Source: a plasmid. Taken from it: a stretch of 64,000 nt of DNA. Shown piece by piece: positions 1 to 9,613 of this stretch. Position 1 is the stretch's first letter. Each line of letters begins with the position of its first letter. Under the pieces are notes generated by a model that was not told the DNA's origin, did not search any database, and worked only from the letters and a program-made list of their open reading frames with translations. Position numbers and translations under genes: made by a program. The stretch is from the sequence record NZ_CP035507.1; one strand, written 5' to 3'.

Positions 1-2
1 AG

Positions 3-614
3 TTCCCCGAACTCTCGGATGCGGCCAAGGCAAAGGCGCGCAGCTGGTATCGCGAACTCGGCCCACAAGACGATTGGTGGGGCGCGGTCTATGACGATTT
101 CGAAAGGGTCTGCGAAATCCTCGGCCTCCGCCTGAAGGCCACGCCCGTCCGCCTGATGGGCGGCGGGACGCGGGCCAAGCCCTGCATCTGGTTCTCCGGG
201 TTCTGGAGCCAGGGCGACGGGGCCTGTTTTGAGGGCTACTGGTCCCACGCCAAGGGCGTGAACGCGCGCATCCGGGACTACGCCCCGACGGATGCCACTC
301 TGCATTGCATCGCCGACCGGCTGCAGGCGATCCAGCGGCGGAACTTCTACCAGCTCGCTGCCGAGGTCAGCCACCGTGGCCGCTACTACCACGAATACAC
401 CATGTCGATCGACGTCACGCGCGACAGCCTGACCTGGCAGCCGCCCACCGAGGACGCCGAGGAGATCGTGACCGAAGCGCTGCGCGATCTGGCCCGCTGG
501 CTCTACCGCCAGCTTGAGGCGGAATACGACCACCTCACCTCGGACGAGGCCATCGTGGAGGGGATCATCGTCAACGAGTACACCTTCACCGAAGCCGGGC
601 GGCGGTTCGGGTGA
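3..614 (+). CDS. Conserved hypothetical protein, 5'-partial (reading frame enters from upstream of the window; the listed ORF 156..614 is the in-frame tail)
   Basis: Frame 3 stays open from nt 3 through the listed 156..614 ORF with no stop (FPELSDAAKAKARSWYRELGPQDDWWGAVYDDF...). I do not recognise a motif that assigns a family. The position upstream of the RES-Xre pair is typical of ICE backbones. Confidence 0.45.
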   Translation, partial: FPELSDAAKAKARSWYRELGPQDDWWGAVYDDFERVCEILGLRLKATPVRLMGGGTRAKPCIWFSGFWSQGDGACFEGYWSHAKGVNARIRDYAPTDATLHCIADRLQAIQRRNFYQLAAEVSHRGRYYHEYTMSIDVTRDSLTWQPPTEDAEEIVTEALRDLARWLYRQLEAEYDHLTSDEAIVEGIIVNEYTFTEAGRRFG

Positions 615-672
615 GAGCGTAGGCAGTTCATTTGATCTTTACAATGAGGCCATATGATCTATAATTAGGGCA

Positions 673-1074
673 GTGGAGGACGCCATGTACGTTGCTGAGA
701 AAATCCGGGAACCCGCACAGGTCAACGCGGTCGCGTTGAAGGCCTACGCGCGCGTGGCTGATGCCTGGGGTCTCAGCCTCAAGGAAGCGGCAGGCCTTGC
801 CGATATGTCAGAGAGCACCTGGAAGCGCGCCAAGAAGCCGGATTTCGCGGGGGAGCTTACCAAGGATCAGTTACTGCGGCTCAGTGCGGTGATCGGCATC
901 TACAAGTCGCTCGAGCTCTACTTCTCCGAGCCGCTCGCGCGAAGCTGGTTCACCCGACCGAACACCGGCCCGCTGTTTGGGGGCAGCCGTCCGGTTGACA
1001 CCGCCATCGACGGGGGCTTGCCGCAGATCCTGGCGGTGCGGACCTATCTCGATGCGTTGCGTGGTGGGGCATGA
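673..1074 (+). CDS. Xre-like antitoxin of a RES-Xre toxin-antitoxin pair (DUF2384/ParS/MbcA-like)
   Basis: 133 aa. The C-terminal ...WFTRPNTGPLFGGSRPVDTAIDGGLPQILAVRTYLDAL is characteristic of DUF2384 antitoxins. The stop overlaps the start of the downstream RES gene by 4 nt (ATGA at 1071). Confidence 0.75.
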   Translation: MEDAMYVAEKIREPAQVNAVALKAYARVADAWGLSLKEAAGLADMSESTWKRAKKPDFAGELTKDQLLRLSAVIGIYKSLELYFSEPLARSWFTRPNTGPLFGGSRPVDTAIDGGLPQILAVRTYLDALRGGA

Positions 1075-1772
1075 AGCAGACCGAGATTTCTGATCGCGGT
1101 CTCGTTCGTCTACTGCCCGCCACCTACCACAAGCCGCCATCCCTGCGCGGTCTCGTCGATACTGATGACGAGATGGAGATCCTCGCAGAGATCGAGGGCC
1201 TGACCAGCGGCCGCCTTCTGGCCGAACGTGGCCGCAATCCCCATCTGGACCCGCGCGAGCTTGCTTGGCAGCGCCGCAGCCGCGATCTGCGCATCTATGG
1301 CGACAGTCATGTCAACGCCGCCTTCACCTATACCCGCGCCGGCGGGAACCGCTTCAACACCGAAGAGCGCGGTGCCTGGTATTGCGCATGGGATGTGATG
1401 GTGTCCGTCAGCGAAGTGGCCTGGCACCGCACACGTGAACTCGGCTTTACCGGCAGCTTCCATGACAGCGCCCGCTATGTGGAACTGCTGGCGGATTTCA
1501 TCGGCATCTTCGACGACATGACCGACGAGCCGGGCCATCCGGCTCTGCATCCCGCTCCGGCTGTCGGATATCCCGAGGGCCAAAGCCTGGCCCAACATCT
1601 CCGCCGGGCTGGATCGCGTAGCCTGATCTATCCCTCGGTCCGGGCTCCTTCGCCGGGCGGGAATTGCCTCGTCTGCTTCGAGCCCCACGCCATCCAGAAC
1701 GTCCGGCCGGGTGCGTCTTGGGATCTTGTTTGGGACGGGACACCGCACTACTCGATTACGGCCGTCGGCTGA
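1071..1772 (+). CDS. RES-domain toxin (ParT/MbcT-like NAD+-targeting toxin)
   Basis: 233 aa with the RES-domain signature residues R...E...S spread across ...LRIYGDSHVNAAFTYTRAGGNRFNTEERGAWYCAW...SLIYPSVR.... Translationally coupled to the upstream Xre antitoxin. Confidence 0.8.
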   Translation: MKQTEISDRGLVRLLPATYHKPPSLRGLVDTDDEMEILAEIEGLTSGRLLAERGRNPHLDPRELAWQRRSRDLRIYGDSHVNAAFTYTRAGGNRFNTEERGAWYCAWDVMVSVSEVAWHRTRELGFTGSFHDSARYVELLADFIGIFDDMTDEPGHPALHPAPAVGYPEGQSLAQHLRRAGSRSLIYPSVRAPSPGGNCLVCFEPHAIQNVRPGASWDLVWDGTPHYSITAVG

Positions 1773-1810
1773 CGAGTCACGGCGCATGCGCTTCTTGGAG
1801 GGACGAAGAC

Positions 1811-1987
1811 ATGAAACCGGCAAACGACAACAGCCTGAATGTCACAACCTTGAAGCCATGCGACCATCAGGCATTCTTCGAGGTTTTGGAATCTCCGCCC
1901 TCACCGACGGAAGCGTTACGAGCAGCATTTCGCCGGACGAAAGAGAGGTCATTCCGGCAAAACACATGGCTTCCAAAGATGAACTGA
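1811..1987 (+). CDS. Small hypothetical protein (58 aa) in the lower-GC intergenic island
   Basis: ATG at 1811 is preceded by GGAGGGA at about 8 nt spacing. The frame continues the listed 1664..1987 ORF (MKPANDNSLNVTTLKPCDHQAFFEVLESPP...). No family recognised. Confidence 0.25.
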   Translation: MKPANDNSLNVTTLKPCDHQAFFEVLESPPSPTEALRAAFRRTKERSFRQNTWLPKMN

Positions 1988-2386
1988 GTCCGCCGGTCTT
2001 CTGGGCTTCCCATAGACGCGCTGAGGGCGGCGACGCCTCTGCCCCAAGAGACCGCTATAGTTGTCTTTGATCAGGATGCTTTTCCAGCGTTATAGACGCT
2101 CCAATATCACCATTTTCAAAGAACTGAGGGACAAGCCCGAAGTGGAGGGAGATCTGAAGACGCTGGGTCGAGAGACGGCTACGACTGGTGGTGGTTGCAA
2201 AAGGCCGCAGCGGTGTACCTCCCAGCGTGCCGTCGGGACCAGGTCTTGATACTTCGGACGGGAGTTTGACCAAGGCTGATGTCCCGAAGGGCTAATCTGC
2301 CAACCTATAGGTTGGCAACTACGCTCGGTTTGCCAAGCCACGGTATGGCAGAAGCTCCGGAAGGCCGGAGCCAGCCGGTGCCGGGA

Positions 2387-2683
2387 TCACTTGTTCCCGT
2401 CGATCCACTTCGACATCAGGCCCTTGTCGCGGAAGCATTCGTCCGGAACGGCGCGCCGTTTGATCCGGGCGAGCTTCTCCGCGAAGGCCACCTGCTTCGA
2501 TGTCGGCAGCCGGTCCATGGCCGACACCGGCTTCAGCTGGGCCTGCGCCTCGATCCAGGCACTCAACGACCGGCGATCTTGCTGAACCTCCCAGGGCAGG
2601 AGGGTCTGGTTACGCAGGGCCAGAGACCGCGCATAGGCGATCTGCTTGGGCGTCACGGGCAGGGCGTATGTAGTGCTGTCCAT
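2387..2683 (-). CDS. Small hypothetical protein with two tandem copies of a short helical motif (DUF3072-like?)
   Basis: 98 aa. Internal repeat LPVTPKQIAYARSLALRN... / LPTSKQVAFAEKLARIKR.... A GC-rich hairpin (gctccgg-aagg-ccggagc, about 2349-2367) lies just 3' of its stop. Confidence 0.5.
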   Translation of the reverse strand: MDSTTYALPVTPKQIAYARSLALRNQTLLPWEVQQDRRSLSAWIEAQAQLKPVSAMDRLPTSKQVAFAEKLARIKRRAVPDECFRDKGLMSKWIDGNK

Positions 2684-2860
2684 CGGGAAACTCCCTAGCT
2701 GGCTTGGTCTTCAATATAGAACATAACAGGAACAAAATCAAGCCAAGCGTCCGCACTGTGCCGGTTCGAGAGGGAGAGATGGGCGGAGGAAGATCAGGCC
2801 TGAGGGTGCTCGAGAGAGGGTGTCCGGGCTTGATCCTGTCCCCTATTCCGGAGCTTCCCG

Positions 2861-5800
2861 ATGACCTATCTCGCACCCGTTGCGCCTCCCGTTCCTGTGC
2901 CTGCTCGCGATCACGCCCCCGCGATCCTCGCCGTGGCCGAGGCGCTGCAGCCCGATCTCGCTCAAGGCTTCCAGATCGACGCGCTGCGTCTGCGGCTTGA
3001 GATGGAGCGCGCCTTTGGCGGCTCCGATGCCGATGGCGCCTGGAATTGGAAGCTCGCCTATGAGGCGGGCGAGGTGGCGCTCGTCCTCTTCCTCCGGAAA
3101 TTCGGCCGCGCGCTTCTGGCCCGGGCCGGTTCGCCCGCTGCCCTGCTGCCGATCCTCGCCAAGGTGGCGGGCCTCTTGCCGACGCATACCCGGCGCTCGG
3201 AGGAAATGGAGCGCTTCCAGCAATTCTCGACCCCGCTGCCTATGGGACTCGCTGCAATGGCGGCGGCGCAGATCACTCCGTGTGACCTGGTCCTCGAACC
3301 TTCGGCCGGGACCGGGCTTCTCGCGATCCTCGCCGAGATCGCGGGCGGCAGTCTCGCGCTGAACGAACTCGCCGAGACCCGCGCCGATCTTCTGCGTCAC
3401 CTTTTCCCGGGGCGGCATGTCACCATCTTCGACGCCGCGCAAATCGACGATCATCTGGACGCCGGCGTTCGCCCGAGCGTCATCCTGATGAACCCGCCGT
3501 TTTCGGCTATGGCCAATGTCGATGGCCGGACGACCGAGGCGACGGCGCGGCATCTGCGCTCGGCGCTTGCCCGGCTGGCCCCCGGCGGGCGACTGGTCGC
3601 AATCACCGGCGCAAGCTTCGCACCTGATGCGCCCGCCTGGTCCGAGACCTTCGCCCGCCTTACCGAGACCGCACATCTGGTATTCACTGGCGCTGTGTCG
3701 GGCGCTGCTTTCGCCAAGCACGGGACCAGCTTCGAGACCCGGATCTCGGTCTTTGACAAATGCCGCGGCGGCGAGCCGGGCGGCATCACAGCCGATCTGG
3801 CACGCCCGACTTCGCCGGATGTGGCCCACCTCCTTGCCCGGATCACCGCCGAGGTCCCGCCACGCCTCGAGTTGGATGCGGGTGTGGGCGCATGCTCCCA
3901 GCCCATTTCCTCTTTCCGGGGAATTCCCGGCCGTTCCTCCGGCCTCACCGCTCGACCCTTGCGGTCGACGGCAGCGGCCAAGACGGATGCGCATGTCACC
4001 ACGCTCGATGCCGAGGACCTCGCCTACACCCTACGCGAGACGGCGGACGACCTCGGCTCCACGCGTCTGTCCGACGCGATCTACGAGACCTTCCGCCTGC
4101 AAGCCATCGACATCCCCGGCGCGGCCCCGCACCCGACAAAGCTCGTGCAGTCGGCGGCCATGGCCTCAGTCGCGCCCCCGAAGTCCACCTACCGGCCGAA
4201 GCTTCCAGCCGCCGTCTTGCGCGACGGCCTTCTGTCTGACGCGCAACTTGAGACCGTGATCTACGCGGGCGAGGCCCACGGCGCCCATCTCGCCGGATCG
4301 TGGTGCGTCGATGACACCGGCGACATAGTCTCGGCCGCGCCCGTTGATGGCGCAGACGCCGTCTGCTTCCGCCGCGGTTTCTTCCTTGGCGACGGCACTG
4401 GCGCGGGCAAAGGCCGTCAGTCGGCCGGGATCCTGCTCGACAACTGGGCCCAAGGCCGCCGCAAGGCGCTCTGGATTTCGAAGAGCGACAAGCTGTTGGA
4501 AGATGCGCAGCGCGACTGGTCGGCGCTTGGCCAGGAGCGGTTACTCGTCACACCGCTCTCGCGCTTTGCGCAGGGGCGCGACATCCCGCTTTCTGAGGGC
4601 ATCCTCTTCACCACCTACGCCACCCTGCGCTCCGAAGAGCGGGGCGCCAAGAAATCCCGCGTCGACCAGATCGTTGACTGGCTGGGGGCGGATTTCGACG
4701 GGGTGATCCTCTTCGATGAAAGTCACGCCATGGCCAATGCCGCCGGATCGAAGGGTGAGCGCGGTGACGCGGAAGCCTCGCGGCAGGGCAGGGCGGGCCT
4801 GCGCCTGCAGCACAAACTGCCCAATGCCCGCGTGGTCTATGTCTCGGCGACCGGTGCGACGACGGTTCACAACCTCGCCTATGCGCAGCGCCTTGGGCTC
4901 TGGGGCGGGGAGGACTTTCCCTTCGCGACGCGGGCGGAGTTCGTACAAGCCATCGAGGCCGGCGGCGTCGCCGCGATGGAGGTCCTCGCCCGCGACCTGC
5001 GATCGCTCGGGCTCTACACCGCTCGGTCGCTTTCTTACGATGGTGTCGAGTACGAGATGCTGGAACATGCGCTGACGCCCGAGCAGCGCCGCATCTACGA
5101 TGCCTATGCCGGGGCCTTCGCCATCATTCACAACAACCTCGCCGCTGCGATGGAGGCGGCCAATATCACGGGTGAGAACGGCACGCTGAACCGCCAGGCG
5201 AAGTCCGCTGCGCGTTCGGCCTTTGAATCCGCCAAGCAGCGCTTCTTCGGCCATCTGCTGACGTCGATGAAAACCCCCACCCTCATTTCCAGCATCAAGG
5301 CCGATCTGGCGGCAGGCCATGCTGCCGTCGTCCAGATCGTCTCGACTGGCGAAGCACTGATGGAGCGCCGCCTGTCGGAGATCCCGACCGAGGAGTGGAA
5401 CGACATCCGCGTCGACATCACCCCGCGGGAATATGTCCTGGACTATCTCGCCCATTCCTTTCCGGTGCAGCTCTACGAGCCCTTCACCGACAGCGAAGGC
5501 AATCTGTCATCCCGGCCCGTCGTGCGCGACGGCCAGCCGGTCGAATGCCGCGAAGCCGTGCGGCGGCGCGACGCGCTGATCGAGAAGCTGGCGTCGCTCC
5601 CGCCCGTCCCGGGGGCGCTCGACCAAATCGTCCAGCGCTTCGGCACCGATCTCGTGGCCGAAGTTACGGGCCGGTCGCGCCGCATCGTGCGCAAGGGCGA
5701 GGGGCACGCCGCGCGGCTTGTCGTCGAAAGCCGTGCCGGCTCGGCCAACCTGTCCGAGACCGCCGCCTTCATGGATGATCAGAAGCGCGTCCTGGTCTTC

Positions 5801-7222
5801 TCTGATGCTGGCGGCACGGGTCGCAGCTATCACGCCGATCTCGGCGCCAAGAACCAGCGCCTGCGGGTCCATTACCTTCTGGAGCCCGGTTGGAAGGCCG
5901 ACGCGGCCATCCAAGGCCTCGGGCGGACCAATCGCACCAATCAGGCGCAACCACCCTTGTTCCGTCCGGTAGCCACCGATGTGAAAGCGGAGAAGCGGTT
6001 CCTCTCGACCATCGCGCGCCGCCTCGACACGCTGGGGGCGATCACGCGGGGTCAGCGCCAGACCGGCGGGCAGGGGCTTTTCCGGCCCGAGGATAACCTC
6101 GAGTCGCCTTATGCCCGTGATGCTTTGCGCCAGCTTTACCGTCGCATCTATCGCGGCGATGTCGCGGGCTGTTCGCTCGGGGCCTTCGAGGATGCCACCG
6201 GCCTCAGCCTGACCGATGACAACGGGCTGAAGGACGAGTTGCCGCCGATCACGACTTTCCTCAATCGCTTGCTGGCGTTGACGATCGACATGCAGGCCGT
6301 GCTCTTCTCGGCCTTCGAGGAATTGCTCGACCAGCGCATCGAGGGGGCCATCGCGGCCGGGGTCTACGACCTCGGGCTCGAGACGCTGCGCGCCGAGAGC
6401 TTCCGCGTCACGGATGCGCGCGTTATCTACACCCATCCCGGCTCCGGCGCGGAAACCCAGCTCCTGACCATCGCGGAGAAGCGGCGGAACACGCCGACGT
6501 CACTCGCAGATGCGCTCGACTGGCTCGACGACCCGAAGGCGCGGCTTCTGGTCAACAGCCGCTCGGGCCGGGCCGCGGTGCAGGTGCCCGCCACCAGCCT
6601 GATGCTGGATGATGGCACCATCGAGCCACGCCTCAGGCTGATCCGGCCGACCGAGGCCAGCACTGTCCCGGCCAAGCTGATGGAGGACACCCATTGGCTC
6701 GAGGCCGACCGCGCGGCCTTCACCGCCGCATGGAATTCCGAACTGGCTGAAGTGCCCGAGTTCTCGGAATCCACGCTGCACATCGTGGCGGGTCTCCTGC
6801 TGCCGATCTGGAAGCAGCTCCCCCAGGACGAAACCCGCGTCTACCGGCTGCAGACAGACGACGGCCAGCGCATCATCGGTCGCCGGGTGTCGCCCGGCTG
6901 GGTCGCGACCACGCTGGCCAATGACGCGCCGCAACTCACGGCGGCGCAAGTCCATGCCATGGTTCTCGAAGGCAAGACCGTCGTGCGCCTAGCCGAGGGG
7001 ATGGAGTTGCACCGGTCCCGCGTTATGGGTGTGAACCGGGTAGAACTGTCGGGCTTCTCCGAGGCCGCCAAAGACCGCCTCAAAGCCGATGGCTTCTTCT
7101 CGGAGATCATCAGCTGGAAGCTGCGCCTGTTCTGCCCGACGGATGCCAGCGGCATCGCCGTTCTCGAGCGGCTTCTTGCACGTTGTCCTGTGGCGGGACT
7201 ACAGGCGCGCGGAGGTTGCTAA
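2861..7222 (+). CDS. Methylase/helicase of the strawberry-notch family (N-terminal N6-adenine methyltransferase domain plus C-terminal SNF2-like helicase)
   Basis: 1453 aa. SAM-MTase motif IV NPPF (VILMNPPFSAM) near residue 210. Helicase motifs in the C-terminal half (GDGTGAGKGRQ Walker-A-like, ILFDESHAMANA DExH-like). Gene content matches the conserved ICE/plasmid backbone gene of Rhizobiales/Rhodobacterales. Confidence 0.85.
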   Translation: MTYLAPVAPPVPVPARDHAPAILAVAEALQPDLAQGFQIDALRLRLEMERAFGGSDADGAWNWKLAYEAGEVALVLFLRKFGRALLARAGSPAALLPILAKVAGLLPTHTRRSEEMERFQQFSTPLPMGLAAMAAAQITPCDLVLEPSAGTGLLAILAEIAGGSLALNELAETRADLLRHLFPGRHVTIFDAAQIDDHLDAGVRPSVILMNPPFSAMANVDGRTTEATARHLRSALARLAPGGRLVAITGASFAPDAPAWSETFARLTETAHLVFTGAVSGAAFAKHGTSFETRISVFDKCRGGEPGGITADLARPTSPDVAHLLARITAEVPPRLELDAGVGACSQPISSFRGIPGRSSGLTARPLRSTAAAKTDAHVTTLDAEDLAYTLRETADDLGSTRLSDAIYETFRLQAIDIPGAAPHPTKLVQSAAMASVAPPKSTYRPKLPAAVLRDGLLSDAQLETVIYAGEAHGAHLAGSWCVDDTGDIVSAAPVDGADAVCFRRGFFLGDGTGAGKGRQSAGILLDNWAQGRRKALWISKSDKLLEDAQRDWSALGQERLLVTPLSRFAQGRDIPLSEGILFTTYATLRSEERGAKKSRVDQIVDWLGADFDGVILFDESHAMANAAGSKGERGDAEASRQGRAGLRLQHKLPNARVVYVSATGATTVHNLAYAQRLGLWGGEDFPFATRAEFVQAIEAGGVAAMEVLARDLRSLGLYTARSLSYDGVEYEMLEHALTPEQRRIYDAYAGAFAIIHNNLAAAMEAANITGENGTLNRQAKSAARSAFESAKQRFFGHLLTSMKTPTLISSIKADLAAGHAAVVQIVSTGEALMERRLSEIPTEEWNDIRVDITPREYVLDYLAHSFPVQLYEPFTDSEGNLSSRPVVRDGQPVECREAVRRRDALIEKLASLPPVPGALDQIVQRFGTDLVAEVTGRSRRIVRKGEGHAARLVVESRAGSANLSETAAFMDDQKRVLVFSDAGGTGRSYHADLGAKNQRLRVHYLLEPGWKADAAIQGLGRTNRTNQAQPPLFRPVATDVKAEKRFLSTIARRLDTLGAITRGQRQTGGQGLFRPEDNLESPYARDALRQLYRRIYRGDVAGCSLGAFEDATGLSLTDDNGLKDELPPITTFLNRLLALTIDMQAVLFSAFEELLDQRIEGAIAAGVYDLGLETLRAESFRVTDARVIYTHPGSGAETQLLTIAEKRRNTPTSLADALDWLDDPKARLLVNSRSGRAAVQVPATSLMLDDGTIEPRLRLIRPTEASTVPAKLMEDTHWLEADRAAFTAAWNSELAEVPEFSESTLHIVAGLLLPIWKQLPQDETRVYRLQTDDGQRIIGRRVSPGWVATTLANDAPQLTAAQVHAMVLEGKTVVRLAEGMELHRSRVMGVNRVELSGFSEAAKDRLKADGFFSEIISWKLRLFCPTDASGIAVLERLLARCPVAGLQARGGC

Positions 7223-7225
7223 GCC

Positions 7226-8257
7226 ATGTATTCCGAGACTGAAGATGTGATCCGCGCTCTGGCGGAGAACGCAGAGAGCGTGTGTCGCGCCTACCTTCCC
7301 GCCGGACGGCGGGAAGGATCCTACTGGATCGTGGGCGACCTGCAGAACAATCCCGGCCGGTCGCTCTTTGTGCGGCTGACCGGGCCAGCATCCGGGCCGG
7401 GTGCTGCTGGCAAGTTCACCGACGGCGCCACGGGCGAGCATGGCGATCTTCTCGACATCATCCGCGAAAGGACCGGGATCTCCCGATTTCCCGATCTTCT
7501 GGCCGAGGCCCGATCGCATCTGGGCCGTCCGCAGCCGGTCCTCCCGGATGCATCAGTGCCGAAGAAGGCCAAAGCCCCTGGTGGCACACCAGCGGCGGCG
7601 GCGCGTCTGTTCGCAGCCTCGGTGCCGATCGCAGGCACGCTTGCCGACATCTACCTCCGATCCCGTGGCCTCACCCAAGGTGGCATGATGAGCGCCCTTC
7701 GCTTCCACCCGAAGTGCTGGCATCGGGATGAGGGCCAGACCCGCGGCATCCCCAGGCCGGCGCTGATCGCCGCGGTCACCGATGGGGCAGGGGCCCTGCA
7801 GGGCGTACATCGTACTTGGCTGGCGCCTGACGGACAGGGAAAGGCGCGGGTCGAGACGCAGCGGCGTGCCATGGGTCACCTCTTGGGCAATGCCGTCAGG
7901 CTGACCCCGCATGACGACTTCCTCGTGGTCGGCGAAGGCATCGAGACCATGCTGTCCCTCGTTGAGGCCGTGCCCGGTCTTCCCGTTTGGGCGGCGCTGT
8001 CATCGGGTCACCTTGGGGCGGTCCTGCTGCCGGAGGGGCTGCAGCGCCTCTACATCGCCATCGACCGCGATCAGGCCGGGCAACGCGCGGCAGAGAGGTT
8101 GAGCGCCAGAGCTCTTGAAGCCGGGATTGCCGTGCGGGTGCTGGAACCGCGGCTCGGGGATTTCAACGATGATCTCCGAGCGAACGGCAAGGAGGCGCTG
8201 CGCCAGCATCTGGCAGGGCAGATCGGGCCCGAGGATTGGCATCGCCTGACAGGCTGA
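7226..8257 (+). CDS. DUF7146/Toprim-domain protein (primase-like, ICE backbone)
   Basis: 343 aa. Toprim acidic motifs (VVGEGIETMLS ... IAIDRDQAG). The N-terminal zinc-binding-like region is conserved next to the strawberry-notch gene. A 4 nt gap follows the upstream gene. Confidence 0.75.
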   Translation: MYSETEDVIRALAENAESVCRAYLPAGRREGSYWIVGDLQNNPGRSLFVRLTGPASGPGAAGKFTDGATGEHGDLLDIIRERTGISRFPDLLAEARSHLGRPQPVLPDASVPKKAKAPGGTPAAAARLFAASVPIAGTLADIYLRSRGLTQGGMMSALRFHPKCWHRDEGQTRGIPRPALIAAVTDGAGALQGVHRTWLAPDGQGKARVETQRRAMGHLLGNAVRLTPHDDFLVVGEGIETMLSLVEAVPGLPVWAALSSGHLGAVLLPEGLQRLYIAIDRDQAGQRAAERLSARALEAGIAVRVLEPRLGDFNDDLRANGKEALRQHLAGQIGPEDWHRLTG

Positions 8258-8422
8258 GCAGCGTCGCGCAGGGGGCGGTCGGGGATAGCGGGGCAGGGGT
8301 CACGGCTCCCTGTCGTGGCTCTGGACCGTCGCCTTGCCTATTCCTGGGTAATCTCATCCACCCGTCACCCGAGCGGCCTTCAAGAGATGGGCAGGCGGCC
8401 GTCAAAGGGGCCGCCCCTTCAA

Positions 8423-8501
8423 GGACGGGGGGCAACTGATTTCCGCCGGCGGGGACGAGCCCCGCCTTTGCATCGCGAAGAAAATCAGCTGCCCCCCGTC
8501 C
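8423..8501. other. Large imperfect inverted repeat / compound stem-loop between the toprim gene and the DUF2493 gene
   Basis: Left arm ggacggggggcaactgatttcc (8423-8444) pairs with right arm ggaaaatcagctgccccccgtcc (about 8479-8501) with one mismatch. The 34 nt loop contains a nested hairpin gcgggg-acgagc-cccgc. Confidence 0.4.
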
Positions 8502-8623
8502 TCCTCCACATGCGTTCCGGCCCCGAAAGGGGGTGAAGGGGCGTCCCCTCCCACGGCTTTCGCAGCCCATGAAGGCCGCGCGGGATGACGCGCGGACGAG
8601 ACAGGCCAGGAGGCAAGAAACCA

Positions 8624-9556
8624 ATGACGATCCACACCCACGACGACGCCTATGAACCCGCCCACACCGCATCCCAGACCGCCCATGCGCTCGACGAGCT
8701 GCAGCTCTATGGCTACCGCCCCTTTGACGAGCCCGATCCACGCCCGATGCCCGATGGGCAGCGCCTCGCGGTCGCCGTCGCCGACATCTTCGATGCCCTC
8801 GTCGCTACCCTGGAAGACACCCGCATGGAACCCGATCTCGAAGAGGTGCTCTGGGGCCAGGTCAACCTCTTCCACCGCGCCACGGCCCGGATAGAGCGGT
8901 CGCTCGACGAGAACGAGCAGGCACAGCGCCGCCTCCAGCGTGAGCAGGACGGCTCCGAGGTGAAATCCACCGAGCTCGAGCGCCTGACGGCCGAAGGCCT
9001 GACGCTGATCGAACGTCGGAACTGCATGGACATGATGCGCGATCACGCCGCGACCGAGTTCGTCCATCACACGGGCTCCACCTGGCGTCCCCGCACCGGC
9101 TCGATGGCGAACCGCCAGCACATGACCGCAGCGCTGATCGACAGCCGCGATTTCCTGGCTGCCAAGCGCCGTGCAGAAACCGAGGTGATGCTCCCCGCAG
9201 GTCCCAAGGTCGCCCTCACCGGTGGGACCGACTTCAACGATCACCGTCTGATCTGGGGCAAGCTCGACCAGGTCCGGACCAAGTATTCCGATATGGTCCT
9301 TCTGCACGGGGGAAGCCCCAAGGGCGCAGAGCTCATCGCCGCCAAATGGGCCGAATCCCGCGGCGTGACGCAGGTGGCCTTCAAGCCCGACTGGACCAAG
9401 CACGCCAAGGCCGCGCCCTTCAAGCGCAACGACGCCATGCTGGACGTGCTCCCCGTGGGTGTCCTCGTCTTCCCAGGCAATGGCATCCAGGAGAACCTCG
9501 CCGACAAGGCTAAGAAGCTCGGTATCCCGGTCATGAAGTTCGAGAAGGGGGCGTGA
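8624..9556 (+). CDS. DUF2493 (SLOG-family) domain protein
   Basis: The C-terminal part (VALTGGTDFNDHRLIWGKLDQV...VLLHGGSPKGAELIAAKWAESRGVTQVAF) matches the DUF2493 fold found in ICE backbones. I prefer the start at MTIHTHDD (8624). The alternative upstream start is 8585. Confidence 0.7.
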   Translation: MTIHTHDDAYEPAHTASQTAHALDELQLYGYRPFDEPDPRPMPDGQRLAVAVADIFDALVATLEDTRMEPDLEEVLWGQVNLFHRATARIERSLDENEQAQRRLQREQDGSEVKSTELERLTAEGLTLIERRNCMDMMRDHAATEFVHHTGSTWRPRTGSMANRQHMTAALIDSRDFLAAKRRAETEVMLPAGPKVALTGGTDFNDHRLIWGKLDQVRTKYSDMVLLHGGSPKGAELIAAKWAESRGVTQVAFKPDWTKHAKAAPFKRNDAMLDVLPVGVLVFPGNGIQENLADKAKKLGIPVMKFEKGA

Positions 9557-9613
9557 GCCCCCTTTCCCCTCGCGGGGAAATCAAGGTGGAAGCGCAGGCC
9601 TCCACCTGATATT

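Noticed and set aside
2843-3994. Long ORFs on the strand opposite to large coding genes (for example 2843-3994, 8402-9403, 15108-16280, 21532-22755, 22756-24570, 26163-27695, 32284-34248, 35498-36394, 45863-46554)
   Set aside because: Antisense shadow ORFs typical of high-GC DNA. Their translations are Arg/Pro/Gly-rich with no motifs. The opposite strand carries well-supported genes with clear catalytic motifs.
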